From NCBI GenBank assembly GCA_002501065.1, contig DLRK01000196.1:133048-197047 (forward strand): 64,000 bases of DNA, read 5' to 3'. Positions 33,175 to 42,960 of the stretch are shown here, in pieces (position 1 is the stretch's first letter; each line of letters opens with the position of its first letter). A model generated the notes under the pieces. That model did not search any database. It had not been told where the DNA came from and saw only the letters and a list, made by a program, of their open reading frames with translations. This DNA comes from Akkermansiaceae bacterium UBA7890 (GTDB lineage Bacteria > Verrucomicrobiota > Verrucomicrobiia > Verrucomicrobiales > Akkermansiaceae). A program made the translations under genes and the position numbers.

Positions 33175-34008
33175 TCATCTTAGCATCAGATCGACGGGCA
33201 TGTATTTCTGCCCGTCAGCCCCCGGCCAGCCGGCGGGATGGTAGAGGAGACCGGCCAGTTTCCCGATGTTGGTGGGAGCGTAATCCCCGATCGGCAGGGT
33301 GATCGTGATTTCACTGCCGTCGATCCGCAACTTCTGCTTTTCGAGGGTATTGATGTGGTTGAAGTGGGAATAGAAGTAGATCTCATCCGCCGCGATCAGG
33401 GGATGGCCGGCGCTATTCCTGATCTTGAGAACGAACTGATTGCCGTTTCGTTTGCAGGAATACTCCCAACCACTGATCGGGCGGGGAAGGCGGAGGCGGG
33501 CATCTGAGATTTGCTTTCGGACTGACTCATCCCACTCCGTGTTCTTTCCGCCGGGCAGCTGCAGGGTGAACTCCTTGAATCCGAGGTTGCAGCACCGCTT
33601 TGGCCCACAGGCCATCCAGGCTCCCTTGGCTTTCAGGATGATGGGCTCCTTCGGAAGCGGGTCCGGCGCGGTGATATCCACCAGCAGCAGGGTGTCGTGG
33701 TTGTAGCCATGGGCATTGTAGATCACCATCTTGCACCGTTCCGGGACCTGCCACTGAATCTCTCCGGCTGTGAATCCCTCCGGCAGTTCCCATTGCAGGG
33801 AGGTGGCGAATCCGACGGTGCCGGGGTTGACCCAGTAGGTGTGATAGGTTTTCGCGTGCTTCAGGGAGAGTGCTACCGTGAATGTCTGCCCCGGAACGAT
33901 GGTCTTCGCTTCCGAAATCAGATCCGGCCGGACCCCGACAAAACTGGTTGGTGCCGCCGTGCAGATCGCGACGGTGGCGGAGAGGAAGAGGGCGGGGTGC
34001 AGGTTCAT
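33175..34008 (-). CDS. DsbD N-terminal/DsbC-like (thiol:disulfide interchange) domain protein
   Basis: 277 aa, signal MNLHPALFLSATVAICTA. Block: VPGQTFTVALSLKHAKTYHTYWVNPGTVGFATSLQWELPEGFTAGEIQWQVPE, typical of the DsbD-alpha-like domain. Confidence 0.6.
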   Translation of the reverse strand: MNLHPALFLSATVAICTAAPTSFVGVRPDLISEAKTIVPGQTFTVALSLKHAKTYHTYWVNPGTVGFATSLQWELPEGFTAGEIQWQVPERCKMVIYNAHGYNHDTLLLVDITAPDPLPKEPIILKAKGAWMACGPKRCCNLGFKEFTLQLPGGKNTEWDESVRKQISDARLRLPRPISGWEYSCKRNGNQFVLKIRNSAGHPLIAADEIYFYSHFNHINTLEKQKLRIDGSEITITLPIGDYAPTNIGKLAGLLYHPAGWPGADGQKYMPVDLMLR

Positions 34009-34099
34009 GAAGGAGTATCCCCCCTACTCTCGGCAGGGCGAGGATCGATCACGATGACCTGTCCGTCGCGAAAGTCCGCCCCCCGGATCCCGCCATTCG

Positions 34100-34113
34100 T
34101 TGACTTGCGTCAA
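34100..34113. promoter_or_regulatory. FNR-type box TTGACttgcGTCAA
   Basis: Perfect 5+5 palindrome in the 122-bp gap, centre 98.5 bp upstream of ATG 34008 (minus). Confidence 0.5.
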
Positions 34114-34130
34114 GAAGCTCCCTGGGTGGA

Positions 34131-35603
34131 TTAACGCCGGGGTCTCCCCGCGCCCGGGCCATCAGGTCTCTCCGGGGGCTTTCGGGGAGCCTCGCGGTCG
34201 GAAAGATAGCCATCCTTGTCCCGGTCCAACCGATCAAAGTGATGAGGCGGACCGTCGAACTCGACCTTGGAGACTTTCCCGTCTCCGTTGCGGTCAAGGC
34301 GCTTGATGAAATGTCCGGAACGCCCCGGCGGATTTTCTCCCCTCCCGGGCGAACGACGGCCTGCCTCCTTCCCGGTCTCCAGGGCTGGCCCGGATGCGAT
34401 GGGCTTTGCGGTTCCACTGCGGACACAGCGAACGAAGTTTTCAATCCGGATCACGTCGCCCTGCGGTCCGCGCCCGCGGGGAAACTCCGTGGCCTTGCCC
34501 GACTTGGGATCACTGCGTTGCGAACCCGCACCGTGGACGTCCATCAGGCGAAACTTTCCGCTCCGGCGATCCTGCATCCAGCCGAGGGAACGGCCGAAGG
34601 CAAGGTAAACCGCGCTGTGGCCGGCACCATTTCCACGGACGTGGGTTGTGCTGGTCCAGTAGTGTGCGAAGTCGTTCTTGCCGCCCTCATTCCTGAAGGA
34701 CGTGCAGTCGAACAAGGGATCGATTGCGGCGGATTTGGTGGTGTCGGGCGAGCGGGAGTAGTCGACGATGCTCTGCAGTTCCTTCGCGTTTGGCAATCGC
34801 CAGTCGGAGTGTCCACCCAGTTCCAGGTTCTTTGCGTAGGCCAGGGCATCCTGCCAGTTGAGTCCCTTCCCGCTGTCGGTCCTGGTCCAGGTCAACCCGG
34901 TGGAGGTATCGGTAATCGTCCCGTTCCGGTTATCCCTGAACTTGTTCTTGCCGTAGTGCGGATTCCCGCGCACGTAGAACACGTAGTACTTCTTGTTGCG
35001 GCGGCCTTCGACCGGGTATCCCTTGATGCGGCCGTCTGCGAAGTTGACGCCGAACATGGTCTTGTTTCCGCCCATGGTGGTGCTGACGTAGCGGGTTCTG
35101 GTGGCGAATTGCGAGTCGATGATGCGGTCTCCGTCTTTCTCCCTGCCGTATTGGAACCTGAAGGCCGAGTCGTCGATGAATGGGTGGAGGTCTTCTTCAT
35201 CAACGGCGCGCGGATCGGGATCGGTTCCGGAGAACAGGATCAGCGAATAGAGTTCCTTGATGGATGGAAGCCGCCAGTCGGTATGGCCGCCGGTCCGGCA
35301 CCTTGAGGCGCCTGTCACTGCTTTCTGGTAGCTCTGCTTCGCGCCGGGATCCTGTTGCCACATCAGCCCCGTGACGAGATCACTGACGGTGCCGTCGCCG
35401 TTGTCGCGGTAGCTCGGCGGGTTGCCCGCATACTGTCCGTCCTGTCCGTGAAACGGTTCTCCAGGGTCCGGATGCCTGATGGCGGTCCGTCCGTCGTAGC
35501 AATGCTCCTGCCCTGTATCGACGATGGGGGAGGTGATCTCCGCAAGGATTGTCCCTGCGGTGAAGGCGCTTGTGATAAGAGCTAAAGGGGTTGTCGTTTT
35601 CAT
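34131..35603 (-). CDS. DUF1566 (Lcl C-terminal-like) domain protein with C-terminal EF-hand pair
   Basis: The track ORF starts at GTG 35621; ATG 35603 gives the signal MKTTTPLALITSAFTAGTILAE. Two DUF1566-type motifs: HTDWRLPSIKELYSL and HSDWRLPNAKELQSI. EF-hands: LDRNGDGKVSKVEF and LDRDKDGYLSDRE. Confidence 0.75.
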   Translation of the reverse strand: MKTTTPLALITSAFTAGTILAEITSPIVDTGQEHCYDGRTAIRHPDPGEPFHGQDGQYAGNPPSYRDNGDGTVSDLVTGLMWQQDPGAKQSYQKAVTGASRCRTGGHTDWRLPSIKELYSLILFSGTDPDPRAVDEEDLHPFIDDSAFRFQYGREKDGDRIIDSQFATRTRYVSTTMGGNKTMFGVNFADGRIKGYPVEGRRNKKYYVFYVRGNPHYGKNKFRDNRNGTITDTSTGLTWTRTDSGKGLNWQDALAYAKNLELGGHSDWRLPNAKELQSIVDYSRSPDTTKSAAIDPLFDCTSFRNEGGKNDFAHYWTSTTHVRGNGAGHSAVYLAFGRSLGWMQDRRSGKFRLMDVHGAGSQRSDPKSGKATEFPRGRGPQGDVIRIENFVRCVRSGTAKPIASGPALETGKEAGRRSPGRGENPPGRSGHFIKRLDRNGDGKVSKVEFDGPPHHFDRLDRDKDGYLSDREAPRKPPERPDGPGAGRPRR

Positions 35604-35777
35604 GAGACGGGGATTGAACACGTGCGCTGTCCGGAAGTTTCTGCCCGTCCCGGCAGGCCCGGTGTCAGGGGCCCATTATCTGGTTCATCCAGTCTCAAAG
35701 TGAAGACGGGACTGTCTGGTTGCCCTCTCTTCATACAGGTGGATTTTGAGCGGCAGCGGGAGAGAAGTTTGCCCTTC

Positions 35778-35791
35778 CTTGACTTGAATCA
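35778..35791. promoter_or_regulatory. FNR-type box TTGACttgaATCAA
   Basis: Intergenic. Its centre is 41.5 bp upstream of ATG 35826 and 95.5 bp upstream of the better-supported ATG 35880. The spacer 'ttga' is the same as in box 13443. Confidence 0.55.
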
Positions 35792-35825
35792 AGAACTATC
35801 GGGAGCTCCTCGTCGTTGCTTCTGA

Positions 35826-38315
35826 ATGCCAAAATCCGATCGTTGGTGGACTTGTGGGAATCGAATGAGGAGAGAGAGGATGCACGTGATTCTGCCCGTG
35901 ATGGGATGTGTCTGCGTCCTGCTGAGTGGACGGCTTCACGCCGCGTCACCAGGGGTGGGGATTGAGAGTGAAGACTCGACGGAACTCCGATTGCAATTCG
36001 AAGTGTTGCAGGGAGACCTCAAGAAGCGCCAGCGCATCGCCGGGTATGCGAGCCAGGTCACCCATGAGGAAGCGTTGATCCTGGATGCTGATCGGGATCC
36101 GGTCGACGTGGTGCTGCGCCGGACGGAAGCGCTTCTCGACGACTTGAGCCGGGAGGCGGCGCCGCCCTTCACCACGATGCGCAAAGAACTGGCGGTGCTT
36201 CGGGAGGAGGTCCTGCGAACCGAAGTGGAAGACGCCGAGGGGCGCTATGCGGTTTATGAGAAGCTCTGTGCGCTTCGCCGCCGGATTGCGTTTTCGAATC
36301 CGCTTCTCGATTTCGACGAAGTTCTCTTCATGAAGCGCCACCGCTCGGGCTTCAATCACATGTGTGACCAGTACTACGGAGTGAATGCCAAGCCGGGTGG
36401 GGGACTTTACGTCCTTTCCGATCCCTTTGGTCCGGATCCGCAGGTGCGCGATATTCTGTCGGATTCGGTGGTGCAGCGAGGGCGGCTGAAGGGTGAGAAG
36501 CTGATCAACGGCTCCTTCGTGTCTCCGGATCTCTCCTACGACGGCAGGAACGTCCTCTTTGCATACGTGGAATGTGAAGGCGATACGAAACACAGACATC
36601 ATACCGATCCTTCACGTGGGCACTGGGCGGAAGGGCGCAGTTACCACCTCTTCAAGGTTGGAGTGGACGGGAGCGGGCTCGAGCAGCTGACGGACGGGAC
36701 GTGGAACGACTTCGATCCCTGCTGGCTTCCGAACGGAAGGGTCGCCTTCATCAGCGAGCGGCGGGGTGGCTACCTGCGCTGCGGCCGCGTTTGCCCGACC
36801 TACACCCTGCACGACATGGAGCCCGATGGCAGTGACATCCTGTGCCTCAGTCCGCACGAGACCAACGAGTGGCATCCCAGCGTGACGAATGACGGGATGA
36901 TAATCTATACTCGCTGGGACTATGTCGATCGCCACGGTTGCACTGCCCACCTGCCGTGGATCACAACGCCCGATGGGCGTGACTCGCGTGCTGTGCACGG
37001 CAATTTCGCACCCCGGGAGCGTCGTCCCGACATGGAACTCGATCTGCGTGCCATTCCCGGCTCCAGCAAGTTTGTTGCAACTGCCGCGCCGCACCACGGT
37101 CAATCCTTCGGATCGCTGGTGGTGGTGGATCCGCGGGCGAGGGACGACGATGCGATGGCGCCGGTGAAGCGGATCACTCCGGAAGTAGATTTTCCCGAAA
37201 CCCAGGGCGGGGGCCAGGTCTATGGCACGCCATGGCCGCTCAGCGAGAAGTACTACCTCTGTGTCTACGATGCGGGGATGAAGCCGGGTTTCGGGGGACA
37301 GGGCCGGAGGCACGTCCGGGGCAACTACGGGATCTACCTCGTGGATGCCTTTGGAAACCGGGAACTGATCCATCGCGATGGAGAGATTGCCTGTCAGAAT
37401 CCGGTTCCCCTGCGGGCGCGCCCGGTTCCGCCGCAGGTTCCAGTGGCGTCCCAGCGCGTGGCGGCGGGTGAGTCGGGGGAAGGCACCCTCGCGGTGTTGA
37501 ATGTCTACGACAGCCTGAAGGCGTGGCCGGAGGGAACGAAAGTGGACGCCTTGCGCGTTTACCAGGTCATTCCCATGTCAGTTCCCTCCGGGGCGCCACC
37601 CCACGAGGTCGGCCTGCGCCTGCCCACCGGGCGGGACTCCGTCATTCTGGCCCGCTATATCCTGGGCACGGTTCCGGTCGAGAAGGACGGGAGTGCGCAC
37701 TTTGTCGTTCCGGCGGGCAAGGAGTTGTTCTTCCAGGTCCTGGATGACGAGGGCCTCGCGGTGCAGTCCATGCGCTCGTCAACCTATGTCCAGCCGGGTG
37801 AACGGCTGGTGTGTGCAGGCTGTCATGAACCCCGGCATCGCACGCCGGAGCTTCAATTTGAACTGCCCCTCGCCCTGAGCCGCGAGCCTTCCAGGATCGT
37901 CCCTGATGTCGACGGGACCAATCCCTTCAGTTATCCCCGGCTGGTGCAGCCGGTGCTCGACCGGCATTGCGTCAAGTGCCATGCCGAAAATCCGGATACC
38001 TCCCCGAGACTGGACAAGGAGGTCATCGTGAAGGGTCGGCAGAAGTGGTACGCCTCGTATCACAGCCTCGCTTCCAAGTTCGGGTTCTGGAGTTACGGGG
38101 ACCGGCATCGGACCACGCCCGGTAAATTCGGAGCCCGGGCCTCCAAGCTCTACCAGATACTCCGGGATGGTCACTACGAGGTAAAGCTGTCCCAGGAAGA
38201 GATGCACCGGATCACGGTGTGGCTCGATTCCTGTTCGGTCTTCTACGGCGTTTACGAAAAAGAAGGAGGTGAAGCCCAGCTCCGTGGCGAGGTCGTGAAG
38301 CCGACCCTGGAGTGA
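35826..38315 (+). CDS. HzsA-related beta-propeller c-type cytochrome, paralogue 7 (2 CxxCH)
   Basis: 829 aa from ATG 35826. ATG 35880 is preceded by AGGAGAGAGAGG and gives the signal MHVILPVMGCVCVLLSGRLHA, so it is probably the true start. Linker: NPLLDFDEVLFMKRH. Blades: LPNGRVAFISER, NDGMIIYTRWDYVDRHGCTAHLPWITTPDG. Haem block: GTVPVEKDGSAHFVVPAGKELFFQVLDDEGLAVQSMRSSTYVQPGERLVCAGCHEP. Second module: VQPVLDRHCVKCHA. Confidence 0.85.
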   Translation: MPKSDRWWTCGNRMRRERMHVILPVMGCVCVLLSGRLHAASPGVGIESEDSTELRLQFEVLQGDLKKRQRIAGYASQVTHEEALILDADRDPVDVVLRRTEALLDDLSREAAPPFTTMRKELAVLREEVLRTEVEDAEGRYAVYEKLCALRRRIAFSNPLLDFDEVLFMKRHRSGFNHMCDQYYGVNAKPGGGLYVLSDPFGPDPQVRDILSDSVVQRGRLKGEKLINGSFVSPDLSYDGRNVLFAYVECEGDTKHRHHTDPSRGHWAEGRSYHLFKVGVDGSGLEQLTDGTWNDFDPCWLPNGRVAFISERRGGYLRCGRVCPTYTLHDMEPDGSDILCLSPHETNEWHPSVTNDGMIIYTRWDYVDRHGCTAHLPWITTPDGRDSRAVHGNFAPRERRPDMELDLRAIPGSSKFVATAAPHHGQSFGSLVVVDPRARDDDAMAPVKRITPEVDFPETQGGGQVYGTPWPLSEKYYLCVYDAGMKPGFGGQGRRHVRGNYGIYLVDAFGNRELIHRDGEIACQNPVPLRARPVPPQVPVASQRVAAGESGEGTLAVLNVYDSLKAWPEGTKVDALRVYQVIPMSVPSGAPPHEVGLRLPTGRDSVILARYILGTVPVEKDGSAHFVVPAGKELFFQVLDDEGLAVQSMRSSTYVQPGERLVCAGCHEPRHRTPELQFELPLALSREPSRIVPDVDGTNPFSYPRLVQPVLDRHCVKCHAENPDTSPRLDKEVIVKGRQKWYASYHSLASKFGFWSYGDRHRTTPGKFGARASKLYQILRDGHYEVKLSQEEMHRITVWLDSCSVFYGVYEKEGGEAQLRGEVVKPTLE

Positions 38316-41300
38316 TTTCCCTCAAGACGGATTTCGGCATGTACCTGCAGATTCTTCTCTTCTGGCTTCTCTCCCTTGCGGTGTGGGGGAGCCAGGGAAT
38401 CGTCTTCGAGGGCCACTCGGGAATCGGGAAGGGCAAACACATCGTTCTGGTCAGCGGGGATGAGGAATATCGCTCCGAGGAAGCCCTGCCGATGCTGGGG
38501 GAAATCCTGTCCAGGCGATACGGGTTCAAGTGCACCGTGCTCTTCGCCATCAACCGCGAAACGGGCGAGATCGATCCCAATACGGTCGACAACATTCCCG
38601 GCCTCTCGGCCCTGGAGAGCGCCAACCTGATGATCGTGTTCACCCGCTTCCGGGATCTTCCGGATGAGCAGATGGCTTACGTCGACGCCTACCTGCAGAG
38701 CGGGAAACCGGTGATCGGAATCCGCCCCTCGGTGGTGGCCTTTCGAACCAGGAAGGGCAGCAGGTTCTTCCGATACAGTTCCAGCAACGGGGGAGGCGAT
38801 TTCGCGGGCGGCTTCGGGCGTCAGGTCCTGGGGGCGACCTGGATTTCGCACCATGGCCGGCACGGAGCGGAGAGCACCCGTGGTATCCCGGTTGACGCCA
38901 TGGCAGATCATCCCATCCTGCGGGGGGTGGATACCATGTGGGGTCGAACCGATGTCTACACGGTCCGCACTCCCATTCCGCACGGCGGGAAGGTGCTGGT
39001 GATGGGCCAGTGCCTGGAGGGGATGACACCCTCTTCTCCCCCATCGGCCAAGCCGCAGATGCCACTGGCCTGGATCAAGCGTTTTCCTTCCACGAATGGA
39101 GATGCGCGGGTGTTCATGACCACCATGGGCGATGCCCAGGATTTCCGGGATACGGGTTTCCGGCGCATGGTCGTGAATGCCTGTCTGTGGGGCGTGGGTC
39201 TGGAGGATCAGATTCCGGCCAAAAGCATGGTCGACTTCGTCGGCGCCTACGATCCGTTGCCCTTCGGATTCAACGGTTTCAAGAAGGGGCTGTTTCCCCG
39301 CCACTATGCGGGGGGCGATAAACCGAAGAAGGAAGGCGCCCCTTCCGACGAGGCCCTCCTGGGCGATCTGTTCCGGAAAGGAGATCGTATCTGTTATATC
39401 GGCAATACCCTGGCGGACCGGATGCAGCACTTCGGGTGGGTGGAGACCCTGTTTCAGGCCAGGTATCCCGACAAGCAGTTGGTTTTCCGAAACCTGGGAT
39501 TCGCGGCGGACGAACTCACGGTGCGCCCCCGCTCCATGAACTTTGGCGACCCGGATGTTCATCTCATGCACTCCGAGGCCGACCTTGTTTTCGCCTTCTT
39601 CGGCTACAACGAGTCGTTTGGAGGAGAGGCCGGTCTGCTGGAATTCAGAAAGAACCTCACGGAGTTCGTCGATCACACTCTGGCCCGCAAATACAATGGA
39701 ACGAGCGCGCCGCGCCTGGTGCTGTTTTCGCCCATTGCGCACGAGAATCTGCGCGATCCGGACCTGCCGGATGGAACCGAGAACAACCGTCGTCTTGCTC
39801 TCTACACCGAAACGATGCGTGAGGTGGCGAGGGAGAAGAAAGTCGTCTTCGTGGATCTGTTTGCACCAACCAAGGCGCTGTTCGCAAAATCAGATGAACA
39901 GCTGACGATCAATGGAATTCATCTCGATGGGAAGGGGAACCGGCAATTGGCGGAGATCATTGATGGAGCTCTCAACGGAAGGTCTGGTCGCTATGATGAA
40001 AAGAAACTCGAGCGGATCCGGGAGGCGGTGCTGAACAAGAATCTCCGCTGGTTCAACCGTTACCGTGCCACGGATGGTTACAGTACATACGGCCAGCGAG
40101 CCTACCTGACTTTCGTGAACGGCCAGTCCAACAAGGACGTGATGGATCGTGAGATGTTGATCCTCGATGCCATGACCGCGAACCGGGACAGGCGGATCTG
40201 GGCGGCCGCACAGGGCCGTGAGCTCGCGGTCGATGACAGCAACCTCCCGAAGCCGATCCCCGTCAAGACCAACCTGGGAGGTGGAAGCAGGAGCTCCAGC
40301 GCGGTGAAGGAGGGTTCCCTCAATTACCTCGGGGGGAAAGAGGCCATCGACAGGATGACGGTGGCCAAGGGGATGGAGGTTGGTCTTTTTGCCTCCGAAG
40401 AACAGTATCCCGAGCTGGTCAATCCGGTCCAGATGGCGGTCGATACCGATGGACGGATGTGGGTGGCGGCCTGGCACACTTATCCGCACTGGGACCCGAA
40501 CAAGGAACTCAATGACAAGCTGCTGATCTTTCCCGATGAGGACGGAGACGGGGTGGCGGACCGCTGCATCGTGTTTGCGGACAAGTTGCACAATCCGACC
40601 GGATTCGAGTTCTGGAACGGGGGCGTGCTGGTGGCCTGTGCGCCCGAAATTCTCTTCCTGAAGGACACCGATGGCGACGATAGAGCCGACCTGACGATCC
40701 GGTTGCTCGATGGGATCGACTCGGCCGACACGCACTGCGGGGCCAACAGCTTTGTCTACGGTCCCGACGGTTACATCTATTTTTCGGAAGGGATTTTTCA
40801 TTTCACCAACGTCGAAACGCCCTGGGGAAAACCGCTTCGGACCAAGGGGCCGATGCTCTATCGCTTTAACCCGCGAACCTACGAGATCCACGAACAGTTC
40901 AAGATCAGTCCCAATCCCCACGGAGTCGTGATCGATGATTGGGGACGGCTCTTTGCCACCGACGGCACGAGTGGCCGTGGTTACTATGTCGGCTATCCCG
41001 GGGCGGGCACTCCGCACGAACTCTACCGGAAGCGGGTGCGGCCGGTGGCGGGTTTCGGCCGGATTTCGGGGAGTCACTTCCCCGAAGAGAATCGGGGCAA
41101 CCTTCTGATCTGCAACACGATCGGGGTCCTCGGAATCCTGCAGCACAAGGTGGTGGTGGAAGGGGCGGACATTCGGAGCGAAGAGATCGAACCGATCGTG
41201 GTCTCCACCGATGGGAATTTTCGGCCGACCGATGTTGAGCTTGGCGCCGATGGAGCCCTCTACTTCCTGGACTGGCACAATGCCATCATCGGGCACATGC

Positions 41301-42832
41301 AGCACAACCTGCGTGATCCGAGCCGCGATCATGCCCACGGGCGGATCTACCGCGTTACCGCAAAAGGGCGGCCGTTGTTGAAGCCGGTGCAGATGAGCAG
41401 GAAGTCGATTTCGGAGTTGCTCGAGTTGCTCGAGTCGCCCGAGGACGCGGTGCGCTATCGGGCCCGCATTGAACTCAGTGGACGGGACAGCAGCGAGGTT
41501 CTGGCCGCGGCACGGAAGTGGATCAGTCGATTTGATGCAGGTGACTTAGCGGATGCCCGTCCGCTCACTGAAGCGCTCTGGCTGCACGAGCAGCACAACG
41601 CGGTGAACGAACCATTGCTGACGAAAGTCCTCCGCTCGTCCAGCGGGCCGGCCCGCGCGGCGGCCACCCGCACCCTGGGGCACTGGGGAAGGAGAGTGAA
41701 AGAGGGCGCCAGGCTCCTGCAGGAGAGAGCCCGGGATCCCGAACCTCTGGTGCGGGCCGAGGCGCTGGTGGCGGCCGCGGCATTCGAGGGCCTGGATGCA
41801 GCCGAAGTGGTCTTCCGCGCGGTGCAGTGTCCCACCGATGCCCAGATCGAGTACAACCTCGCGCAGACGCGACGCGTGATCGATCCCTACTGGCAGAAGG
41901 CGCTCGGGGAGGGCCGGACCCTGTCGCGGGCAGGCCAGGCCTTCGTGAGGGGGATGAAGCGCGGATCGAGGGAAGGGGTTGTGGGTGCGGGATCGCAGGA
42001 CAGCGCCACGAACCTCCTCCATGTTTATCATGAGACCGCCTTTACGAAGGCCGGTGAAGCGACCGGGATCAGGTATTTCACCAAGTCCCCTCCGGGGAAG
42101 GAGTTCAGCGTCTATCATCTGCGTCCGGAGAAGAGTGGGAGCTACAAGGTCGTGCATGCCGGGATGTTCAAGTCGGATGCCAAGACCGGGATGAAGAGCG
42201 TGTCCTTTGCCCGACCATGGCAGATGATGGCCGGCGATGTGCTCGCCCACTCCGGCAACGGGGGGCCGACCTATCGGAGTGCTCCGGATGCCTGGGGGGA
42301 TACCCTCTATCACCCGGTGAAAAGTCTTCCGGTGGTGGGGCAGAGTTTTCGACCTGGCCAGCAGCAGGTTCTTCCGCAGAAGCGGCAGTATTCCATGCAG
42401 CCCATCATGAGTGGATCCTCGGGGGAGCAGCCGGATCCGGTGCCCGCGGAGGCGGATGCCGACGTGATCATCAGGACCATTCCCGAGATGATGAGATACG
42501 ATTTGAAGGAGTTCACGGTGAAGGCCGGGAAGAAGGTGAAGCTCCTCCTCATCAATCCCGACAACATGCCGCACAACGTCGTTATCGCCGAGCCCGGAAC
42601 GATGGAGCAGGTCGGACTCCTTGCCGACAAGATGGCGGTGGACCCGCAGGCGGCGAAACGGCACTACGTGCCGAATTCTTCCATGGTTCTCTTTGCGACC
42701 ACGATGGTCGACGATCACTCGCAGGCCACCCTCGATTTTATCGCTCCCGGCGAGCCCGGAGACTATCCCTTCCTCTGCACCTTTCCCGGCCACTGGCGCC
42801 TGATGCAGGGCGTGATGAAGGTCGTTCCTTGA
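38312..42832 (+). CDS. 1506-aa multidomain protein: ThuA-like + SGNH-hydrolase-like + PVC-type (glucose/sorbosone-dehydrogenase-like) propeller + HEAT repeats + C-terminal blue-copper (azurin/plastocyanin-like) domain
   Basis: GTG 38312 overlaps the upstream stop (GTGA); the alternative ATG 38339 gives the signal MYLQILLFWLLSLAVWG. ThuA-like: KHIVLVSGDEEYRSEEALP...ARVFMTTMGDAQDF. SGNH-like: ICYIGNTLADRM...FRNLGFAADE...NGIHLDGKGN. Dehydrogenase: NPVQMAVDTDGRMWVAAW...DGDGVADR...NPTGFEFWNGGVLV...DTDGDDRAD. HEAT: AVRYRARIELSG, PLVRAEALVA. Type-1 Cu ligand pattern: MPHNVVIAEPG ... YPFLCTFPGHWRLMQG. Confidence 0.8.
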   Translation: MISLKTDFGMYLQILLFWLLSLAVWGSQGIVFEGHSGIGKGKHIVLVSGDEEYRSEEALPMLGEILSRRYGFKCTVLFAINRETGEIDPNTVDNIPGLSALESANLMIVFTRFRDLPDEQMAYVDAYLQSGKPVIGIRPSVVAFRTRKGSRFFRYSSSNGGGDFAGGFGRQVLGATWISHHGRHGAESTRGIPVDAMADHPILRGVDTMWGRTDVYTVRTPIPHGGKVLVMGQCLEGMTPSSPPSAKPQMPLAWIKRFPSTNGDARVFMTTMGDAQDFRDTGFRRMVVNACLWGVGLEDQIPAKSMVDFVGAYDPLPFGFNGFKKGLFPRHYAGGDKPKKEGAPSDEALLGDLFRKGDRICYIGNTLADRMQHFGWVETLFQARYPDKQLVFRNLGFAADELTVRPRSMNFGDPDVHLMHSEADLVFAFFGYNESFGGEAGLLEFRKNLTEFVDHTLARKYNGTSAPRLVLFSPIAHENLRDPDLPDGTENNRRLALYTETMREVAREKKVVFVDLFAPTKALFAKSDEQLTINGIHLDGKGNRQLAEIIDGALNGRSGRYDEKKLERIREAVLNKNLRWFNRYRATDGYSTYGQRAYLTFVNGQSNKDVMDREMLILDAMTANRDRRIWAAAQGRELAVDDSNLPKPIPVKTNLGGGSRSSSAVKEGSLNYLGGKEAIDRMTVAKGMEVGLFASEEQYPELVNPVQMAVDTDGRMWVAAWHTYPHWDPNKELNDKLLIFPDEDGDGVADRCIVFADKLHNPTGFEFWNGGVLVACAPEILFLKDTDGDDRADLTIRLLDGIDSADTHCGANSFVYGPDGYIYFSEGIFHFTNVETPWGKPLRTKGPMLYRFNPRTYEIHEQFKISPNPHGVVIDDWGRLFATDGTSGRGYYVGYPGAGTPHELYRKRVRPVAGFGRISGSHFPEENRGNLLICNTIGVLGILQHKVVVEGADIRSEEIEPIVVSTDGNFRPTDVELGADGALYFLDWHNAIIGHMQHNLRDPSRDHAHGRIYRVTAKGRPLLKPVQMSRKSISELLELLESPEDAVRYRARIELSGRDSSEVLAAARKWISRFDAGDLADARPLTEALWLHEQHNAVNEPLLTKVLRSSSGPARAAATRTLGHWGRRVKEGARLLQERARDPEPLVRAEALVAAAAFEGLDAAEVVFRAVQCPTDAQIEYNLAQTRRVIDPYWQKALGEGRTLSRAGQAFVRGMKRGSREGVVGAGSQDSATNLLHVYHETAFTKAGEATGIRYFTKSPPGKEFSVYHLRPEKSGSYKVVHAGMFKSDAKTGMKSVSFARPWQMMAGDVLAHSGNGGPTYRSAPDAWGDTLYHPVKSLPVVGQSFRPGQQQVLPQKRQYSMQPIMSGSSGEQPDPVPAEADADVIIRTIPEMMRYDLKEFTVKAGKKVKLLLINPDNMPHNVVIAEPGTMEQVGLLADKMAVDPQAAKRHYVPNSSMVLFATTMVDDHSQATLDFIAPGEPGDYPFLCTFPGHWRLMQGVMKVVP

Positions 42833-42882
42833 GGACGAATGCCATGCCAAGGAACTCTGATGGGAGGATCACGCGCCAACCG

Positions 42883-42901
42883 GGGCGGACGAGCTCCGCC
42901 C
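42883..42901 (+). terminator. Possible stem-loop after the 1506-aa gene
   Basis: GGGCGGA-cgagc-TCCGCCC: 7-bp stem with a 5-nt loop, 51 nt after the stop and followed by TTGCCGTT. It could be an attenuator rather than a full terminator, since same-strand genes follow. Confidence 0.25.
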
Positions 42902-42960
42902 TTGCCGTTCGACGGGATCCATGGTGCGGTGCCTGGAGGAAAGGAGTTGTGAAGAGGAGC

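Noticed and set aside
38252-42850. Three long minus-strand ORFs (38252..39742, 39890..41338, 41546..42850) opposite the 1506-aa gene
   Set aside because: The plus-strand product has five recognisable domains in a sensible order, while the minus-strand translations are compositionally biased and motif-free.
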